Source of the DNA: an uncultured delta proteobacterium
Lineage (GTDB): Bacteria; Desulfobacterota; RBG-13-43-22
Direction of reading: 5' to 3'
DNA: 64,000 bases
NCBI GenBank assembly: GCA_963843145.1
Contig: CAWJJC010000006.1
Span: forward strand, 64,001-128,000
The notes below the pieces were generated by a model. The model ran no database searches. It worked only from the letters and a program-made list of their open reading frames with translations, and was not told where the DNA came from. Positions within the stretch are counted from its first letter, which is position 1, and every line of letters starts with the position of its first letter. This document shows positions 28,420-38,289 of this stretch, in pieces. The translations under genes and the position numbers were made by a program.

Positions 28420-29565
28420 ATGGATTTTACTTTGAGCAAAGAACAACAGGATATCATCAAGGCCGCCCGGGAGTTCGCCCGCAAGGAGTTTCCGGAAAGG
28501 GCCCTGGAGTTTGACCGCACTGAAACCTTTGATTTGACCCTTTGGAAAAAGGCCTGTGAACTGGGTTTCGTGGGCGTCTTCATCGACGAAAAGTATGACG
28601 GGGCCGGCTACGGCTTTCTGGAGCACTGCCTGATTACCGAGGAATTCTGGGCCGTGGACCCGGGGATCGGCCAGGCCATCCTATCCGCCACCTTCGGGGC
28701 CGAACTGCTTCTATTGTTTGCCCAGGAGGACCAGAAGGAATGGATCCTTCCGGAACTGGTTTCCGGAGAGGCCCTGCTGGCCACGGCCATCACCGAACCG
28801 GATGCCGGATCGGACGTGACCGGGGCTTCCACCACCGCGGTGCAACAGGGGGACCAGTGGGTGATCAACGGCTCCAAAATGTTCATCACCAACGGAGACC
28901 TGGCCAAGTATGCGATCGTCTATGCCCTGACCAATCCGGACCATCCCTCCCGGCATTCCCGTCACAGTTTTATCATTGTGCCCACCGATCAGCCCGGTTT
29001 TCAGGCCAACAAAATCCACGGGAAGCTGGGCATCCGGGCCTCGGATACGGCGGAATTGGTTTTTTGTGACGTCAAGGCGCCCCTTTCCAATCTGATAGGG
29101 GAAGAGGGGGAGGGGTTTCATCAGTTGATGGCCTTCTTCAACCGGACCCGCCTGCACATCTGCGCTCAGGGTGTGGGGTTGGCCCGGGCGGCCCTGGAGG
29201 AGAGCATCCGCTATACCAAGAAGCGCCACCAGTACGGGGTTCCCCTGGCCTCCTTCCAGGCCACCCAATTCAAACTGGCCGAAATGGCCACCCGGATCCG
29301 GGCCGCCCGAAATATGTATTACGAGGCCGCCTGGCTGATGGATAACGGGGTGGTAGATCACGCCCTGATCGCCATGGCTAAGTGGTTTTCCGGGGAGATG
29401 GCCGTGCGTGCCGCCGACGAGGCCCTGCAGATGCACGGGGGCTATGGCTATATCGACGAATACAAAGTACAGCGCCTCTACCGGGATTGCAAAATCCTGG
29501 AGATCTACGAAGGCACCAAGGAGATTGAAAAATCAATCGTGGCCCAGTCCATTTTGGGAATGTAG
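28420..29565 (+). CDS. Acyl-CoA dehydrogenase
   Basis: ITEPDAGSD, NGSKMFITNG, QMHGGYGY, IYEGT. Confidence 0.95.
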   Translation: MDFTLSKEQQDIIKAAREFARKEFPERALEFDRTETFDLTLWKKACELGFVGVFIDEKYDGAGYGFLEHCLITEEFWAVDPGIGQAILSATFGAELLLLFAQEDQKEWILPELVSGEALLATAITEPDAGSDVTGASTTAVQQGDQWVINGSKMFITNGDLAKYAIVYALTNPDHPSRHSRHSFIIVPTDQPGFQANKIHGKLGIRASDTAELVFCDVKAPLSNLIGEEGEGFHQLMAFFNRTRLHICAQGVGLARAALEESIRYTKKRHQYGVPLASFQATQFKLAEMATRIRAARNMYYEAAWLMDNGVVDHALIAMAKWFSGEMAVRAADEALQMHGGYGYIDEYKVQRLYRDCKILEIYEGTKEIEKSIVAQSILGM

Positions 29566-29714
29566 GCAATTGCTCGTCATCCCCGAAGGTCTGTGTTGAG
29601 ACCATTTATGATTGGCTCGGCCGACGGACTTGGGCCTTATCGGTAAGCAGTCTCTCCTCCAAGCATTTTGCTTCCCCCAGGGAAGACCGGGAATATAATC
29701 CGTAAAAAGAAGGA

Positions 29715-30149
29715 ATGAAACCTTATTCAGGAAATGATGGGCGACTGCGAATTCCCACCGTGGAATTGAGCTTCGAATTTTTCAGGGCCTCGGGACCGGG
29801 CGGCCAGAATGTCAACAAAGTGGCCACCGCCGTCCGATTGCGGTTTGATGTCCGACGGTCTCCCTCCCTGACCGAGCCCCAGCGAGCGCGGCTCATCCGG
29901 TTGGCCGGCCACAAGTTGACCGAGGGGGGAGAACTCCTGATTGAGTCTCGGCGCTTCCGCACCCAGGAGGCCAACCGGCAGGCGGCCATTGAACGGTTGG
30001 AGCAACTGGTTTCCCAGGCTTCGGTTGTACCCAGGGTCCGGCGGCCCACCCGACCTACCCTGGCCTCCAAGAAAAAACGCCTGGAGGGCAAACGCACCCG
30101 TTCCGGGCTGAAAGACCGGCGTCGACCGGTTTCGGATACGGAGGAATAA
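29715..30149 (+). CDS. arfB: Alternative ribosome-rescue peptidyl-tRNA hydrolase ArfB
   Basis: SGPGGQNVNKV (GGQ), RTQEANR, basic C-terminal tail. Confidence 0.93.
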   Translation: MKPYSGNDGRLRIPTVELSFEFFRASGPGGQNVNKVATAVRLRFDVRRSPSLTEPQRARLIRLAGHKLTEGGELLIESRRFRTQEANRQAAIERLEQLVSQASVVPRVRRPTRPTLASKKKRLEGKRTRSGLKDRRRPVSDTEE

Positions 30150-30270
30150 GATTGGGAAACATTAGGGTTATTCGCCCTTTTGAATTGACTCGTTTTCTTC
30201 TTTAGCCTATAGTTTTATGTATTTATTTTAAGCTCTTAAACGCTAGAACCTTTATTCAAGGGAGGCACCC

Positions 30271-30870
30271 ATGGATCTGGTAAGCCGAGTCAAGGCCATT
30301 CTACTCAAACCCAACGACACTTGGCCGGAGATCAAGAATGAACCGGCCACGGTGAAAGATCTTTTTACTTCCTACGCGGCCATTCTGGCCGCCATCCCGC
30401 CCATCGCCTTTTTTATCGGGGTTTCCCTGATCGGCATGTCCGTTTTAGGGTTTCATTATCGCATGCCTTTGGGATCAGGGCTCGGGCATTTGATTGTCTC
30501 TTATGTCTTTTCACTGGCGGGGATTTATTTAGTCGGAATGATCATTGATGCCTTGGCGCCCAGCTTCGGGTCCTCAAAAAATCAGCTCAATGCCATGAAG
30601 GTGGCGGTCTATTCCTGGACGCCGGGCTGGGTGGGCGGCGTCTTTCTGGCTATTCCTTCCCTTTCAGCCCTCAGTATGCTGGTATCCTTATATGGGTTAT
30701 ACCTGTTTTACCTGGGCTTGCCGGTCCTGATGGAGACTCCTCAGGACAAGGCGTTGGGGTATGTGATCGTCACGATCCTGGTGAGTATCGTGGTTTCCAT
30801 TCTGGTGAGTACCCTCTCGGGCGCCCTGTTCGGTTACGGACGCGGGGGGATGATGGGCTGGCGTTTCTAA
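30271..30870 (+). CDS. Yip1-family membrane protein
   Basis: AILLKP..W..I, IDALAPSFG, AVYSWTP, LFYLGLPVLM. Confidence 0.85.
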   Translation: MDLVSRVKAILLKPNDTWPEIKNEPATVKDLFTSYAAILAAIPPIAFFIGVSLIGMSVLGFHYRMPLGSGLGHLIVSYVFSLAGIYLVGMIIDALAPSFGSSKNQLNAMKVAVYSWTPGWVGGVFLAIPSLSALSMLVSLYGLYLFYLGLPVLMETPQDKALGYVIVTILVSIVVSILVSTLSGALFGYGRGGMMGWRF

Positions 30871-30897
30871 TTCCTAAAGGGATTCAGGAGGGAGCAA

Positions 30898-31282
30898 ATG
30901 AAGAGAAATAAGTTGGGATTCACGCTTTTTTTCATGGTGCTTATGGGTGGCCGCCTACAGCGGAGTCTGTTTCGCCAATAAAGCCGCGGTGACCATTGAG
31001 GCCCCGGACCAGGCGGCCAAGGGGGCGGAAGTCGTGGTCAAACTGCATGTCACCCACAGCGCCAACAATTTTTTCCATCACATCAATTGGGTGCAGGTCA
31101 AAGTGAATGGCAAAGACACGGCCCTTTGGGAATATTCCATGACCAATCTACCCGAGGCGGCTAACTTCACTAAAGAAGTAAAATTGATGGTCAACGAGCC
31201 TTTGGAGATCGTGGCCGAGGCCAACTGCAACTTGCACGGCAGCGCAGGTCCGGCAATAAAGAAGATCGGCCTGAGGGAATAA
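30898..31282 (+). CDS. Exported desulfoferrodoxin/class II SORL-like metal-binding protein, one frameshift in the signal peptide
   Basis: HHINWV and ANCNLHG motifs; the ATG at 30898 with GGAG RBS encodes a signal peptide out of frame with the body (track ORF 30947). Confidence 0.6.
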
Positions 31283-31409
31283 AGCTGTCTGTGCCCCGGC
31301 TGGAGTTTACCCCTCCTTTGAAGCGGGGTGGGGTGAAAAAGAGTGCGGCCTGTTTGCTTCGTCATCCCGGGCTTGACACGGAATCCGGTTGGGAAGAGTG
31401 GGGTAAATT

Positions 31410-31595
31410 ATGACCATCGGCGCCATTTCCATTATCTTAATTTTGGGCATCATCAATTTTCTGCTGTTGCTCTTCCAGCTTTCCACCGGGTTGCATTGGA
31501 TCAAAGTCAAATTCGGCATTCACCGGAAAATCGGCATCCTGCTGGTCATCGTGGCCACGATTCACGGTCTACTGGCCCTGCTGGCCTCGGACTAA
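31410..31595 (+). CDS. Small two-TM membrane protein
   Basis: 61 aa hydrophobic, His residues in IHRK and TIHG. Confidence 0.6.
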   Translation: MTIGAISIILILGIINFLLLLFQLSTGLHWIKVKFGIHRKIGILLVIVATIHGLLALLASD

Positions 31596-31727
31596 AAAGA
31601 GGGAAGATAGAAGAAGGAAGAGGGAAGCAAAAAGGGGATCATGGCCTCTGCTCAAACCCCCGTCCCTGAGGCGGGCGCCCGCGAAGAATGAAAAAATAGG
31701 GGGAGACATAAGCCGAACTGTTTGACA

Positions 31728-31766
31728 TTAGTAATTAATAATCAATTGTTAATTATTAATCATTGA
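31728..31766. repeat. AT-rich heptamer palindromic array C
   Basis: TAATTAATAATCAATTGTTAATTATTAATCATTGAT. Confidence 0.8.
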
Positions 31767-31876
31767 TGAAGTGCCTTGGTGGCACACCTTTGTATTTTCA
31801 TATTCTATTTTGTGCCCTTCTCCCCTCTGTTTTTTCTTCCATCTTCCATCTCCCCTCTTCCCTCTGCTCCCTGTCC

Positions 31877-32932
31877 TCAGCCCTTATCGCTAACCCCGGC
31901 GGAGGCGAAGGTGGCCATCTCATTGTAGATCCTGACTGACGCTTCGATCAGGATCATGGCCAGGGCCGCCCCGGTCCCTTCCCCCAGGCGCATTTTCATA
32001 TCCAGAATCGGTTCCACCTGGAAGAGACGCAGGAAGGTGGTATGCCCCGCTTCTTCCGATCGGTGGCTGAAGAAAAGATAATCGCGGACCGGGGGCGCCA
32101 GTCGGCAGGCCACCAGGGCACCGGCGGAAGAGATGAAGCCGTCCACCACCACCGGCCGGCTGAGGGCGGCCGCTCCCAGACAAAGCCCGGCAATGCCGGC
32201 GATCTCCAGCCCGCCGATGGCGGCCAAAGTATTGAGCGGGTCACCAAGCTGGTCGCGGTTGACCCACAGGACCTCCTTGATTACCCGGATTTTTCTGTTC
32301 AACCCGGCATCGTCGATGCCCGTTCCTCTCCCGGTGATGTCCTCCACCGGGCAGGGGAGCAGCGCGGCGAATAAGGCGGACGAGGGCGTGGTGTTGGCGA
32401 TGCCCATATCCCCGGTGCCCAGCAGATCGAATCCCTGTCCGACCGCCTCCCGGGCCAGCTCGATGCCGGTTTCCAGTGCCTGAACAGCCTCTGCTACGGA
32501 CATGGCCGGCCCCTTGGCGATATTGCCGGTCCCGGGCCTCACCTTGCGCCGGACCAGGCCGGGAGCGTCTTCCAGCGGATCATTGACGCCCATGTCCACC
32601 ACTACTACTTCTGCCCCGGCCTGTTGAGAAAGCACATTGATGGCCGCCCCGCCGGCCAGCATGTTGCGGACCATCTGGGGGGTCACCTCCTGAGGATAGG
32701 CCGAAACGCCTTCGGCGGCCACCCCGTGATCCCCGGCAAAAGTAAATATTTTTTTCCGGCCCAGGACCGGCCGGTCCGTCCCGGTGATCAGGCAGTATTG
32801 TGCGGCCAGGTCTTCCAGCCGTCCCAAACTTTTCGGGGGTTTGGTCAACTGGTCGAGATGGTCCCGAACTGCGGGCTCCAGGGTCAAGTCAACCGGTTTG
32901 ATTTCTTGAATGGTTTGCTGCAAGGCATTCAT
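31877..32932 (-). CDS. cobT: Nicotinate-nucleotide-dimethylbenzimidazole phosphoribosyltransferase
   Basis: [45 protein letters not shown]; ATG at 32932 after AGGAG. Confidence 0.95.
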   Translation of the reverse strand: MNALQQTIQEIKPVDLTLEPAVRDHLDQLTKPPKSLGRLEDLAAQYCLITGTDRPVLGRKKIFTFAGDHGVAAEGVSAYPQEVTPQMVRNMLAGGAAINVLSQQAGAEVVVVDMGVNDPLEDAPGLVRRKVRPGTGNIAKGPAMSVAEAVQALETGIELAREAVGQGFDLLGTGDMGIANTTPSSALFAALLPCPVEDITGRGTGIDDAGLNRKIRVIKEVLWVNRDQLGDPLNTLAAIGGLEIAGIAGLCLGAAALSRPVVVDGFISSAGALVACRLAPPVRDYLFFSHRSEEAGHTTFLRLFQVEPILDMKMRLGEGTGAALAMILIEASVRIYNEMATFASAGVSDKG

Positions 32933-33063
32933 GGGGTGCACTCCTTTTTTGAATGAATTTTTGAATGGATACCCCGGCCACCGCCACACCGGAGACTCGG
33001 GTAGACCTATACCGATTGCCTGAAATCAAAACCTGAAAGGTCGGCCCAGACGACCGGGGCACC

Positions 33064-33110
33064 CTAAAAAAAAGGGTTTCTTTCTTCAAAAGAAGAAAGA
33101 AACCCTTTAC
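33064..33110 (-). terminator. Riboswitch expression-platform terminator
   Basis: AAAGGGTTTCTTTCTTC-TTTT-GAAGAAAGAAACCCTTTTTTTT on the minus strand. Confidence 0.8.
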
Positions 33111-33129
33111 CATCAGGTTCTTCAACAGG

Positions 33130-33312
33130 TTGGCCCGGCGGTCGTCTTCTGGCTCCCCCTCCCCTCCAACGATCTTCCCGCCCGTCTGAAGACGGGCCGT
33201 GATCCATACCCGGCTGGAAAGGTTTCTTTGCCCGAATGGGAAAAGACAGGGTTACAGCGGCGGGACCGCCGCGGATTTTCACCGCGTTCCGTACCCGCCC
33301 GGCCTACATCTT
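33130..33312 (-). ncRNA. Cobalamin riboswitch
   Basis: GGAACGCGGTGAAAATCCGCGGCGGTCCCGCCGCTGTAA...GGGAAG...AGCCAGAAGAC on the minus strand upstream of cobT; TTGACA promoter at 33352-33347. Confidence 0.9.
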
Positions 33313-33397
33313 TTTTTAAACTACCTTAAATAAGGACCCTCCTGATTGTCAAGTCAAAAAATCCCTAAGTCTGAACGGCAGAAATGAGAAACAGGAG

Positions 33398-33496
33398 AGA
33401 ACCCGGGGAAAGGATTTCTTCGTTCCGAACCCGGGCCACCCGGTGCTTCACGCCGTATTCGCGGGAAAGGATTGAGGCCACCAGGTTGACTTCGTC
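33398..33496 (-). pseudogene. Internal fragment resembling TrkA (K+ uptake NAD-binding subunit)
   Basis: DEVNLVASILSREYGVKHRVARVRNEE, with no start codon. Confidence 0.5.
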
Positions 33497-34901
33497 AGGC
33501 CTCGTGATAGAGCCGATATTGGTTCCGTCCGGCTTGCTTGGCCTGATACATGGCGCTGTCGGCGTTCTTCAGGATGGTGTCGATATCTGCGCCATGATCG
33601 GGATAGAGGGAGATCCCCAGGCTGCTGGTGATGATTAATAGGTGTCCCTCAAGAACAACGGCGTTCCGGAAAGCACCGATAACCTTCCGGGCAATCCGCA
33701 GGGTAACCTGGGCGTCCCTTTGCTCGGGAAGCACGAGGACGAATTCATCGCCGCCGAAGCGGGCAACGGTGTCTCCTTTCCGGAGGATCCCCGTCAACTT
33801 TTTCCCAACAGTCTGCAACAGCAGATCTCCGATATGGTGACCGAGGGTATCATTGACCTCTTTAAAGTTGTCAAGGTCGAGCATCATTAAGGCCACCTTC
33901 TTCTGCTTTCTATCCGCTTGGCTCATCGCCATGGTTAAACGGTCGCTGAGGAGCATTCGGTTCGGCAAGCCCGTCAGGGAATCATGATAGGCCATCTGCT
34001 GGATTTTCTCCTCCATTTCTTTGCGCGCGGAGATGTCGGTAAAGAAGCCCACGGCGCACTTTCGCCCGCGGAAGATGGTGCTGGTACCTGCGATCTCCGC
34101 ATGGAAAACCGTGCCGTCTTTTCGTAGGCACGGAATCGTGCCGGATAGCGACCGACCCCCTCGTTCCTGGGACTTGAGCTCTGACATCACCCGGGTCAGC
34201 AAGTCCTTTGGATGAATGTCCGCTATCCCCAACTGCAGCAACTCTGCTTTTGGATAACCGAGCATCCGGCAGATGGCTAAATTGGCATCTACAAACCGTC
34301 CCGTTCCAGCATCGGTCAAGAGTATGCCGTGCGTGCTTTCATCGAAAAGCACCCGGTACCTTTCTTCCGACTCCCGCAGCGTCTCCTCTGTTTTCTGGCG
34401 CTCAGTGATGTCGCGAATGATCCCCAAGGCGTGCCAACCATCCTCAAAATGAATAGCGGAAAGAGACAGTTCGATGGGGAATTCTTCTCCATTCCTTCTG
34501 CAGGCCTGTAACCCGATGGTCTTGGTTACAACTGCGCCTTGACCGGTTTTTTTAAACTTGGGGAAGGCCGTGCGGTAGGCTTCCCGGTAACGCTTCGGGG
34601 CAAGAAATTGATGCAAATCCCGACCGATGGCCTCCTTACTCGTGTAGCCAAAGATACGTTCAGCCGCCGGATTCCAGAATAAGATGCACCCCGTGATGCC
34701 CATCATTAATATGGCATCCTGGGCCGAATCCGTGAGCGCTCGTATCAATGATTCGCTCGGGCCCAGCGATTTAATCGAAACCTGACGTTGAGACTCCGCC
34801 CGTTTGCACTCAAGTGCGGATTGTTCCAGTTCCGTTATTCGCTCTCTCAGAGACGCCAGTTCCTGGATCAAGGCCTGCTTTGTCTTGGATTGATCTTGCA
34901 T
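33495..34901 (-). CDS. PAS-PAS diguanylate cyclase
   Basis: HDSLTGLPNR, DLDNFKEVNDTLGH, RKGD I-site, RFGGDEF. Confidence 0.93.
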   Translation of the reverse strand: MQDQSKTKQALIQELASLRERITELEQSALECKRAESQRQVSIKSLGPSESLIRALTDSAQDAILMMGITGCILFWNPAAERIFGYTSKEAIGRDLHQFLAPKRYREAYRTAFPKFKKTGQGAVVTKTIGLQACRRNGEEFPIELSLSAIHFEDGWHALGIIRDITERQKTEETLRESEERYRVLFDESTHGILLTDAGTGRFVDANLAICRMLGYPKAELLQLGIADIHPKDLLTRVMSELKSQERGGRSLSGTIPCLRKDGTVFHAEIAGTSTIFRGRKCAVGFFTDISARKEMEEKIQQMAYHDSLTGLPNRMLLSDRLTMAMSQADRKQKKVALMMLDLDNFKEVNDTLGHHIGDLLLQTVGKKLTGILRKGDTVARFGGDEFVLVLPEQRDAQVTLRIARKVIGAFRNAVVLEGHLLIITSSLGISLYPDHGADIDTILKNADSAMYQAKQAGRNQYRLYHEA

Positions 34902-34943
34902 AGGGTTGCCCCTGCTGTGCAGAAATAAAACGGAACGCTAAAT

Positions 34944-35000
34944 GAAAAAACCCCGCCTCTCTTTAGAGAAATGGGGTCTATTATTCCATCGAAACTCCTT
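34944..35000 (-). promoter_or_regulatory. Leader: RBS, mini-ORF (Met-Glu-stop) and intrinsic terminator upstream of the diguanylate cyclase
   Basis: AAGGAG-TTTCG-ATG GAA TAA TAG-ACCCCATTTCTC-TAAA-GAGAGGCGGGGT-TTTTT; homologous to 46499-46558. Confidence 0.65.
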
Positions 35001-35198
35001 TATGAAAGCCTTGCCCAAATAAAACTTAATTTATCCTAACTTTTGAAGTCTCTACCTTTTTATTACAAAAAAGTCAATTAATTTCAATCATCTGACATCA
35101 TCGGTGGGCTCAGTTCCAATTAGGGATTCACCGCCTGTCAGGCCTTGTTGGATCGGTATATAAAACCGAAGGATTAAGGGCTAGGCTTTAAGTGTGGA

Positions 35199-35273
35199 TG
35201 GAGCCGGCGATGGGATTTGAACCCGCGACCTGCTGATTACGAATCAGCTGCTCTACCCCTGAGCTACGCCGGC
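35199..35273 (-). tRNA. tRNA-Thr(CGT)
   Basis: GCCGGCGTAGCTCAGGGGTAGAGCA-GCTGA-TT-CGT-AA-TCAGC-AGGTCGCGGGTTCAAATCCCATCGCCGGCTCCA. Confidence 0.96.
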
Positions 35274-35674
35274 TTGATCCAACTATCCCACATTTTTTTT
35301 TCATTGTCAAACCCGGAAAAGTGACTTTTTAGCTGCTTCTTTCTCAGGCAGACATTAAACACCTGCCGGTTAATCCGTCCGACTGGACAACCAGGCCAAG
35401 AGTCAAAAAGCAGCTTTCTCCTCGGCAAGTGATCTCGCTGATGATGAGGCTCATTTGATATTTAAAGCAAATTCAATAAGTTTTACCTACGCTCCGCCCA
35501 AGGCGGGGGGCTTATTCATCCTCGGTCCGGTGATGGAACGGAGGCAGGTCGGTCATCCTTGATCGGGAGGAAAAAGATTCAGCGGCGCTGACTAATTTAC
35601 TTGTTTACAAAATTAAATTATTATGTTAAAAAAATAAGTTTATTTAATAAATTCATCCTCCGGGGAGGGACCGC

Positions 35675-35914
35675 GTGGCCCGAATAACCATTGAAGATTG
35701 TTTGGAAAAAGTAAATAACCGTTTTGCTTTGATTCAATTGGCCTTTCAACGGGTTAAACAGTTGAGAAATGGGGCTCCCCGACTAATCCAGACTAAAAAC
35801 AAGGAAGTTGTGGGGGCCTTACGGGAAATCGCCGCCGGCCTGGTGACGCTGGAACAGGCTCAACCCGCCTTGCCGGAAGGACAGGACCATAAGCTCCTGA
35901 ATAATGAAGGATAA
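35675..35914 (+). CDS. rpoZ: RNA polymerase omega subunit
   Basis: [21 protein letters not shown]. Confidence 0.95.
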   Translation: MARITIEDCLEKVNNRFALIQLAFQRVKQLRNGAPRLIQTKNKEVVGALREIAAGLVTLEQAQPALPEGQDHKLLNNEG

Positions 35915-36431
35915 TATCCAAAAAACGGCCTCAAAGACCGACTGGACCCATATTGATTCCGCGGGTCAGGCCCGGATGGTGGATGTGGGCTCGAAAAAAA
36001 TTACCCGGCGTGAGGCCTGGGCCGGTGGGGCCGTTTATCTGCAGGTTGGGACTCTGGAAAAAATCCAGGCCAATACGATTCAAAAAGGGGATGTGTTGGG
36101 AGTGGCCAAGGTGGCTGGCATTTTAGCGGCCAAAAAGACGCCGGAGTTGATCCCCCTTTGCCACCCGCTCAGGCTGACCCAGGTGAATGTATTCCTTTCT
36201 CCGGAGCAGGCCCCCTCCCGTATTGAAATTACCGCCCAGGTGAAGGCCCAGGATCGGACTGGAGTGGAGATGGAGGCCTTGACCGCGGTGACCGCGGCCG
36301 CCTTAACCATCTATGACATGTGCAAGTCCATTGATCGGGATATGGTTTTGGGCCCCTTCGGGTTGCTGGAAAAAACCGGGGGGAAAAGCGGCCGGTTTAA
36401 ACGAAAATCCCTGCCGGTTTTCGGTCAATGA
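35904..36431 (+). CDS. moaC: Cyclic pyranopterin monophosphate synthase
   Basis: [40 protein letters not shown]. Confidence 0.95.
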   Translation: MKDNIQKTASKTDWTHIDSAGQARMVDVGSKKITRREAWAGGAVYLQVGTLEKIQANTIQKGDVLGVAKVAGILAAKKTPELIPLCHPLRLTQVNVFLSPEQAPSRIEITAQVKAQDRTGVEMEALTAVTAAALTIYDMCKSIDRDMVLGPFGLLEKTGGKSGRFKRKSLPVFGQ

Positions 36432-36456
36432 ATAGGAGCACCCAAGGAGGACTCCC

Positions 36457-36819
36457 ATGAATGCCAGGAAAATAAACAGCTTCAAAAAACTCTTGAACGA
36501 GCAATTGAAAACGCTGATTCAGGAGGCCCAGAAAACGGTCAGCGGCATGACCGATTCCAAGGAAAATTTCCCCGACCCTACCGACCGGGCGACGCTGGAA
36601 TCCGATCGCAATTTCATGCTGCGTATCCGAGGACGGGAGCGGAAACTAATATTGAAGATTGAAGAAGCGTTGGAACGGATCGAGAACGGTACTTTCGGGG
36701 TCTGTGACTCCTGTGGAGAGGAGATCGGAGAAGAACGTTTGAAGGCCCGCCCGGTAACCACCCATTGTATCGATTGTAAAAAAAAGGAAGAGGCCATAGA
36801 AAAAGCGCGAGGGGAATAG
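36457..36819 (+). CDS. dksA: RNA polymerase-binding protein DksA
   Basis: PDPTDRA coiled-coil tip; C4 zinc finger CDSC...CIDC. Confidence 0.93.
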   Translation: MNARKINSFKKLLNEQLKTLIQEAQKTVSGMTDSKENFPDPTDRATLESDRNFMLRIRGRERKLILKIEEALERIENGTFGVCDSCGEEIGEERLKARPVTTHCIDCKKKEEAIEKARGE

Positions 36820-36887
36820 CCGGTTTCCCCGGGCGGCCTTGGACCGGCCTTTCTTTATAATCCCGCTGTCGTGAGGCCTGCACCCTA

Positions 36888-38285
36888 ATGTTTAAAAAGC
36901 GTATCCAGGTCTTTCGGTCTTTTCTTTTGCTGAACGACCTCCTGGTTCTTACCGCTTGCTGGTTTGGCGCTTTTTACCTGCGTTTTTTCATCCCCCTCAT
37001 CCCCGTCACCAAGGGTATTCCTCCCCTGCAGGATTATTTGTTCTTTTTCCCCTTTGTTTTGATGACCTGTGCGGTGACCTTTTATCTGACCGGGATCTAT
37101 ACCCGGTTTTTTAACCGGACTCAGGAATGGCTGGCCCTTTTTAAGGCTTCTTTTGTAGCCTTAATGATTTTGGTCTTTATTACCTTTTTTTTTAAACGAA
37201 CCGACTACTCTCGTTTAGTCTTTCTCTATTTCAGTTTGCTGGGTTATGCGGCCCTGATTTTAACCCGGCTGTTGTTAAAAAAATATTACATAACCCTGCA
37301 GCGTCGCTATTTTGACCTGGAGCAGGTTCTGATTGTCGGCGCCCGGGAGTTGGCCCAACGGGTAGCCCAGACCATCGTTAATCATCCGGAATTGGGACTG
37401 GTGGTCTCCGGGTTTCTCAGCCGGATTTCCCAGAAGATCGGGACGCGGATCTTGGGCCTGGAAGTGCTGGGGTTATACGAGGATATCGACCGGGTGATCC
37501 AGGAAAAACACATCAATCTGGTCATCTTCGCCATGCCCTTGACGGCCCAGCAGAAACTGGAATCTTTATTGAACCAGATCCGCGATGAACTGGTGGATAT
37601 TAAAATTGTGCCTGATTTGTATCGCTTGATCACCCTCCGAGGGGGGATGGAAGAATTTGAGGGACTGCCCTTTATTAATCTGCGGGAATCCCCCATGGTG
37701 GGCTGGAGTCGTTTTTTTAAAAGGGCCATGGATTTCAGTTTGGCCGCCCTGGTTTTAATTCTCCTGTCTCCCTGTCTGTTGCTCATCGGTCTGGCGATTA
37801 AGGTTTCCTCCCCCGGTCCGGTCATCTACCGCCAGACCCGCATGGGTCTGGACGGCAAAGTTTTTGAAATGTGGAAATTCCGTTCTATGGTGACTGATGC
37901 CGAAGGACAAACCGGGCCGGTTTGGGCCCGAAAAGGGGATCCTCGAAGGACTCCCGTGGGGCGCTTCCTCCGCCGCCTCAGCCTGGATGAACTGCCGCAG
38001 TTGGTCAATGTCCTGAAAGGGGAGATGAGTTTGGTCGGTCCGCGGCCGGAACGTCCGGAATTGATCAACAGTTTCAGGGACAAAATTCCCAACTACATGC
38101 TTCGCCATAAAATGAAGGCCGGCATGACCGGCTGGGCTCAAATCAACGGCTGGCGCGGGAATACCTCCCTGCCCAAACGCATTGAACATGATCTGTATTA
38201 CATTGAAAACTGGTCCCTGGTCTTTGATTTGAAGATCCTGATCAAGACCCTCTGGAAAGGTTTTTTAAACCGGGAAGCCTATTGA
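36888..38285 (+). CDS. Undecaprenyl-phosphate sugar (glucose) phosphotransferase, WcaJ-like
   Basis: KRAMD, KFRSM, DELPQLVNVLKGEMSLVGPRPE, GMTGWAQING. Confidence 0.9.
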   Translation: MFKKRIQVFRSFLLLNDLLVLTACWFGAFYLRFFIPLIPVTKGIPPLQDYLFFFPFVLMTCAVTFYLTGIYTRFFNRTQEWLALFKASFVALMILVFITFFFKRTDYSRLVFLYFSLLGYAALILTRLLLKKYYITLQRRYFDLEQVLIVGARELAQRVAQTIVNHPELGLVVSGFLSRISQKIGTRILGLEVLGLYEDIDRVIQEKHINLVIFAMPLTAQQKLESLLNQIRDELVDIKIVPDLYRLITLRGGMEEFEGLPFINLRESPMVGWSRFFKRAMDFSLAALVLILLSPCLLLIGLAIKVSSPGPVIYRQTRMGLDGKVFEMWKFRSMVTDAEGQTGPVWARKGDPRRTPVGRFLRRLSLDELPQLVNVLKGEMSLVGPRPERPELINSFRDKIPNYMLRHKMKAGMTGWAQINGWRGNTSLPKRIEHDLYYIENWSLVFDLKILIKTLWKGFLNREAY

Positions 38286-38289
38286 TTCC

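Noticed and set aside
35199-35273. Integrative element at tRNA-Thr
   Set aside because: I found no integrase and no duplicated tRNA 3' end.
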